DNA of 20,000 bases. Source: an uncultured virus (IMG/VR IMGVR_UViG_3300027578_000004) (Duplodnaviria; Heunggongvirae; Uroviricota; Caudoviricetes). This document shows positions 16,205 through 20,000 of the stretch, in pieces. The stretch's first letter is position 1; each line of letters starts with the position of its first letter. Under the pieces are notes generated by a model. That model ran no database searches, was not told where the DNA came from, and saw only the letters and a list, made by a program, of their open reading frames with translations. The stretch lies in IMG/VR virus record IMGVR_UViG_3300027578_000004, one strand, 5' to 3'. Made by a program: the position numbers and the translations under genes.

Positions 16205-17302
16205 TTACTTCTTGATTCCTGCGAGCTTTTGGAATCTTGAAGCCATCACATCAGCTTGAGGTTCTACAATCGTAGAGTCAGGCTTTGTGCTGGATACTGG
16301 TTTGCTTGCCAAACCTTCGGTGATAGTTGAGACAGTCGCATTTGACTTTTTCTTGGCGACTGATCCACCGGCATTAAATGATTCGGCCAAAACTGTGTAT
16401 GCCAATTTGATTTCACGCAATGTCTTGGTGAGATCAAATGTGTTGATGACCTTCAACTTTTGGTCTTCGGTCAAATTCTTACCCTTGAAGATCTTGTTAG
16501 TATAAAGCAACTTAGCATTCAAGAGATTGGTTTCTTCAAGAACACCCTTCAAATACTTTACAGTATCTTGATGTTCCTTCAATTGATTCTTCAATGCTTC
16601 GTTTTCTTCATTGATAGCAACAAGTGCTTCTGCCATTTCTTCAGCAGTCACTTCTTCTTCATAAGTGTCTTCTTCCATTGGAGAAGGAACTTGTCCAGCA
16701 ACTGGTGCTACTGGAGCTTGAGGAGCCATAGCGGCAGCTGGTGCTGCTACTGCAGCTGCTGGATCAGCAACTGGGGCAACTGGAGCAGCTGGTGCTTGAC
16801 CATCTTCTTCCAATTCAGCGAGAAGTTCGTCAAGATCAACAACTTCTTCTTCAGAAGCTTGTTCTTCTTCAGCTACAACTTCATGCTTCTCTTCCTCTTC
16901 TTCCTCACCGTCTTCCTTCTTACCTTCTTGTTCCAACTCAGCAAGAATCTCATCCAACTCTTCGCTGGTGATTTCTTCGCCTTCTTCAAGAGTTGCGTCG
17001 AACTCTTGCTTTCCAGCTGGAGTGGTGTTTTTCTTTGCTGCAGTAGAAGGTTGGGTTGGGTGTTGCTTAGAAGCAATATTGCTGTCATCCTTACCGATGC
17101 CAGAAGATGCAAGCTTCTCTTCGATCTTGCCTTCTTCTTCCTTACCTTCGTTTTCTTGTTCTGACTCTTCCTTGAGCTTCTCTGCGAACATTTCTTTCAT
17201 GCTCTTTGCGAAGTTTTCCTCAAGAAAGGTTTTTGCATTAGCAATTGCAGTTTCACGAACTGCCTTTGCGTCTGCGATGCTTTCCTTTAATAGATCGCTC
17301 AT
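16205..17302 (-). CDS. Prohead core / scaffold protein (gp22-like)
   Basis: Very acidic coiled coil with an Ala/Pro linker, many L-x-E sites and a C-terminal RFQKLAGI, immediately upstream of the MCP. Start reassigned to ATG 17302 (MSDLLKES), which has AGGAAAGG upstream. Confidence 0.8.
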   Translation of the reverse strand: MSDLLKESIADAKAVRETAIANAKTFLEENFAKSMKEMFAEKLKEESEQENEGKEEEGKIEEKLASSGIGKDDSNIASKQHPTQPSTAAKKNTTPAGKQEFDATLEEGEEITSEELDEILAELEQEGKKEDGEEEEEEKHEVVAEEEQASEEEVVDLDELLAELEEDGQAPAAPVAPVADPAAAVAAPAAAMAPQAPVAPVAGQVPSPMEEDTYEEEVTAEEMAEALVAINEENEALKNQLKEHQDTVKYLKGVLEETNLLNAKLLYTNKIFKGKNLTEDQKLKVINTFDLTKTLREIKLAYTVLAESFNAGGSVAKKKSNATVSTITEGLASKPVSSTKPDSTIVEPQADVMASRFQKLAGIKK

Positions 17303-17452
17303 ATTAATTTTACCTTTCCTATGTTGTTTTGTGAAGTTATTGGAGAACTCCAAAGAAGATTTAAACTCAGTGGCATCAAAGACATTGACGCATTTGTTAA
17401 TAAATATAATTTAAATTTGGAAAATGACAATTTTTTTGATATTTATAGATGT
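17303..17452. promoter_or_regulatory. Divergent late-promoter region with a structured leader for the scaffold-MCP mRNA
   Basis: TATTTATT on the minus strand (17399-17406) and TATTTATA on the plus strand (17440-17447). Hairpins at 17373-17391 and 17340-17353. Confidence 0.55.
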
Positions 17453-18061
17453 ATGCCAGCAAAATCTGAAAAACAAGCACGATACTTTAGACTCGTAAGA
17501 GCAGTTCAAAAAGGTGATGTTCCTGCAAAGGACGTATCTAAGGACTTGAGAAAGACTGCGAAAAGTATGTCACCAAAGGCTGTAAAAGATTTCACCAAGT
17601 TGAAAGAGTTACTAAAGAATTTAAGTGAATCTGAATTCAGTTCTGCAAAGATGCAAGAAGTTCCAAATAAAACATTGGATGATGTATTGAGAGAAAACTC
17701 TGGTGTGAAGTTTAACAAAGAAGAACTTCTAACATTCCAAAACAAACAAAATGGTTTTGGTGGATTTGGTAAAGCAAATTTTGTTCACAAAAAGAGCACC
17801 AACGAAATCAAAGCAAATATCACTAGTAACGAATCAAACAAAGATTATGTGTTCAAGAAGCTAGTGAATAATCAAAACCCAGGCTTATACAATTACGGTT
17901 GCTTTATTGGTATCACACCATCCAAACAAAGTGATAACCCAGAAGATAACAAAGAAAAAGTAGTATACATGTTGAGCAGTATCTTTGATGATGATGGTGG
18001 TGAAGAAAAAAACAAAATATTAGCAGACTTCATTGATAGAATTAATTCATATGGACTATAA
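17453..18061 (+). CDS. Hypothetical protein with a DUF3008-like N-terminal MPAKSEKQ motif
   Basis: MPAKSEKQARYFRLVRAVQKG...AKSMSPKAVKDF. The start is reassigned to ATG 17453, 5 nt after TATTTATA; the track's start at 17321 runs through the intergenic region. Confidence 0.65.
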   Translation: MPAKSEKQARYFRLVRAVQKGDVPAKDVSKDLRKTAKSMSPKAVKDFTKLKELLKNLSESEFSSAKMQEVPNKTLDDVLRENSGVKFNKEELLTFQNKQNGFGGFGKANFVHKKSTNEIKANITSNESNKDYVFKKLVNNQNPGLYNYGCFIGITPSKQSDNPEDNKEKVVYMLSSIFDDDGGEEKNKILADFIDRINSYGL

Positions 18062-18410
18062 AAACTTATATGCTCAAGTTAAATTGGGCAATTTCCTAAA
18101 CAAGGGCGGAGACGAAACAGATTCTCCAAAATACAAGTTGATTGACATTGATCACCCAAATGGTTGGAGCTTCAATGAAATTGAGACCCTTGGTGATATG
18201 GGATTCAAAATCGACAATGACACTGATATGGTGTGTGAAGTAGAAGTGCCTACTTTAGAAATGATGGAAGAAAAAGTTCCAGTCAAGGTTTATAAAAACG
18301 AAGACGGATATGTCCTTGAGACTACCCGTCGCCATGTTTTTGAAACTTTTAAGAAGATGATCGAATTCGTTGATTCGATCCCAACAGATCCCAAACTAAA
18401 AGCTAAGTGA
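18051..18410 (+). CDS. Hypothetical protein, 119 aa
   Basis: ATG at 18051 overlaps the end of the upstream gene, and the amino-acid composition looks coding. Confidence 0.6.
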   Translation: MDYKNLYAQVKLGNFLNKGGDETDSPKYKLIDIDHPNGWSFNEIETLGDMGFKIDNDTDMVCEVEVPTLEMMEEKVPVKVYKNEDGYVLETTRRHVFETFKKMIEFVDSIPTDPKLKAK

Positions 18411-18412
18411 TC

Positions 18413-18577
18413 TCACCTTTGTGTTGATCGAAGCATGGTCTGTGTCTTAAACGCAGACCAATATACTTTACCAATAACAGCTAATGTAGTTATAACCGCC
18501 AAGATGTTTCTGTGGTCTACAATCCAATTTCCTACACCATAAGTCCAACACCAGGCTTCAAGCAAAAACATTTTCAT
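18413..18577 (-). CDS. Small membrane protein, 54 aa (MKMFLLEAWCWTYGVGNWIVDHRNILAVITTLAVIGKVYWSAFKTQTMLRSTQR)
   Basis: Not in the track. It fills the gap between flanking genes and has one hydrophobic helix and a basic tail. Confidence 0.5.
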   Translation of the reverse strand: MKMFLLEAWCWTYGVGNWIVDHRNILAVITTLAVIGKVYWSAFKTQTMLRSTQR

Positions 18578-18584
18578 ATCAATC

Positions 18585-19100
18585 TTACTTCTGTGATTGA
18601 TAAGGTGGTTGTTGATGTGGTTGTGTAACTGGTTGTGCGCCAGGCATCTCAGAGTTTTCTAAAGCATTGATACTTACTGAGTCTGGTCTACCTTGAACTT
18701 GATAAGCTTGTGGAGTTTCGTTGACTGGATCAGCAATCTCAAAATAACGTTCCAACTTCAAACCAATTTCTTCATAAAGCATTTCAAGAGTATGTTCTAC
18801 ACCCTTAATCTTGTTTGCTTCTTCATACAATTTAGCAGCAAGTTTCTTGACTTCCTTCATGTCACGTTCGACCATCTTTGCTTCCATCCACTCACCACAC
18901 TCCTTGATAGCATAACGTTCAGCCAAATTGACTGCTTCCATAATCTTAGAAGCGGTAGAATATACACAATCAGCTTTGAGACTCTTACGATATTCGTTAT
19001 AAGCCTTTACTGTTTCACGAAGTTTGACCTTCTCTTCTTTTGTAAGAGGAGAATAAGCGGTTTCTGTGGAATTCTCTACTAGATGTCTTAGCTTTATCAT
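18585..19100 (-). CDS. Helical hypothetical protein, probable prohead core/internal protein
   Basis: Lies between the protease and scaffold genes. Start reassigned to ATG 19100 (MIKLRHLVE), 4 nt after TATTTATT. Confidence 0.55.
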   Translation of the reverse strand: MIKLRHLVENSTETAYSPLTKEEKVKLRETVKAYNEYRKSLKADCVYSTASKIMEAVNLAERYAIKECGEWMEAKMVERDMKEVKKLAAKLYEEANKIKGVEHTLEMLYEEIGLKLERYFEIADPVNETPQAYQVQGRPDSVSINALENSEMPGAQPVTQPHQQPPYQSQK

Positions 19101-19138
19101 ATACAATAAATATAGTTAAAATTGTGATTCTGTCTCAA

Positions 19139-19837
19139 TTATTTTCTTATTAATACGCCAAAACCCAAGAAGTCTTCTTTCCAAGGTTTTTGATCTGGCA
19201 AATATTGTTGTGTAAATTCAATGTAGTCAAATCGAGCATCATTCTTTACCTCATTCCACACATTGACTACACCCAAACCTTTGTGGGAAATATCATGGAA
19301 TACGATATACTTGGTATTTGGATTGTTTTCAAATAGTCTATAATCTGAATAACATCCTTCATATGTATGATCTCCATCAATAAAGACCATATCAATAACA
19401 GTATTGTCTACAAACTCTTTGAACTGTGGAGAACTACTATTTTGTGCCAAATGTGTATAGTTACAATACTGATCATACTCAGTCAATATATCAGACTTTG
19501 ATGACAGATCACATGAAAACAACTTGATAGTAGGATTGTTTTTCTTCAATACTTCTGAAACCACGATAAAGTTACCACCCCATCTAACACCAATTTCCAA
19601 ATATGATTTAACGTTTAAACTCTGCAACCATTTGATATAAGGTGCGAGTTGAATCGGATATTGCCACACTTTTATACCCTTACCAAAATACTCACTTAAA
19701 TGTGTGGGTTGTTCTTCTGTTACTTCATCATTGAGACCAAATGTAGGAATTACGTCTGTCAATTGACCCACTGACAATGTATCAAACTCAGAGTTATGAA
19801 TAAAATCAATCGTCTCTTTTAATGATTTGACAGACAT
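19139..19837 (-). CDS. Class I SAM-dependent methyltransferase (Methyltransf_24-like)
   Basis: YLEIGVRWGG (motif I), DMVFIDGDHTYEG and IVFHDI. Confidence 0.8.
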   Translation of the reverse strand: MSVKSLKETIDFIHNSEFDTLSVGQLTDVIPTFGLNDEVTEEQPTHLSEYFGKGIKVWQYPIQLAPYIKWLQSLNVKSYLEIGVRWGGNFIVVSEVLKKNNPTIKLFSCDLSSKSDILTEYDQYCNYTHLAQNSSSPQFKEFVDNTVIDMVFIDGDHTYEGCYSDYRLFENNPNTKYIVFHDISHKGLGVVNVWNEVKNDARFDYIEFTQQYLPDQKPWKEDFLGFGVLIRK

Positions 19838-19842
19838 ACTAC

Positions 19843-20000
19843 TTACAACTCCGAGATGATATCATGAATGATCTTCTCAATATTAGAATAAGGATTGATG
19901 ATTCTATTTCCAGAAGGATTTACACTTTCAGTGATCTTTCCTTGTGGATACATGAATGCACCTTGAGTAGAAGGATTACTTACAAAATCAAATGCGATCA
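19843..20000 (-). CDS. gp21: Prohead protease (T4 gp21-like), C-terminal fragment
   Basis: Hand translation gives IAFDFVSNPSTQGAFMYPQGKITESVNPSGNRIINPYSNIEKIIHDIISEL*. D-x-V-x-x-PS-x-x-x-A is the conserved C-terminal motif of these proteases, and the position upstream of scaffold/MCP fits. Confidence 0.8.
   Translation of the reverse strand, partial: IAFDFVSNPSTQGAFMYPQGKITESVNPSGNRIINPYSNIEKIIHDIISEL

Noticed and set aside
14554..17414. Long plus-strand ORFs antisense to MCP and scaffold (e.g. 14977-15639, 16460-17164, 16968-17414)
   Set aside because: They are shadow ORFs caused by the biased codon usage and low complexity of the real minus-strand genes, with no motifs or start signals.
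1..20000. Stop-codon reassignment as seen in some large phages
   Set aside because: Genes are intact and tightly packed in the standard code, and TAA, TGA and TAG (e.g. 10713) all occur as apparent stops.
1..20000. tRNA genes, introns, inteins or homing endonucleases
   Set aside because: Intergenic gaps are too short or lack cloverleaf motifs, and I saw no LAGLIDADG, GIY-YIG, HNH or intein signatures.

Overview
This is a 20-kb segment of a large T4-like (myovirus-type) dsDNA phage genome covering the late head/neck region, in the standard genetic code. Most genes are on the minus strand. Reading in that direction: the 3' end of the prohead protease (gp21-like), a SAM methyltransferase, a probable core protein, an inverted two-gene insert, the scaffold (gp22-like), the major capsid protein (gp23-like) with its terminator, a convergent Mom-like DNA-modification gene, a lipoprotein with C-terminal membrane helices, a block of accessory genes, then neck gp13, head-closure gp14, tail terminator gp15 and a fibre-like gene running off the left edge. 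The accessory block holds a basic RHxC/YW protein, a 2H phosphoesterase resembling T4 gp57B/Acb1, a PGDYG-type protein, a LamG/C1q fibre, a nucleotidyltransferase, a P-loop kinase, a cupin and a HAD phosphatase. Three unannotated signals stand out. (1) About seven unrelated proteins share an N-terminal peptide M-[IV]-K-L-x-[DH]-[LI]-[LIV]-(x)-E that resembles a capsid-targeting, protease-cleaved leader, suggesting these enzymes are packaged in the virion and injected. (2) Those enzymes together resemble a nucleic-acid end-healing or anti-defence kit. (3) A sense-strand motif TATTTAT(A/T) lies 3-12 nt before many start codons; it is the reverse complement of the T4 late promoter and probably drives near-leaderless late transcripts. 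All functional calls come from motifs recognised by eye; no database search was run.
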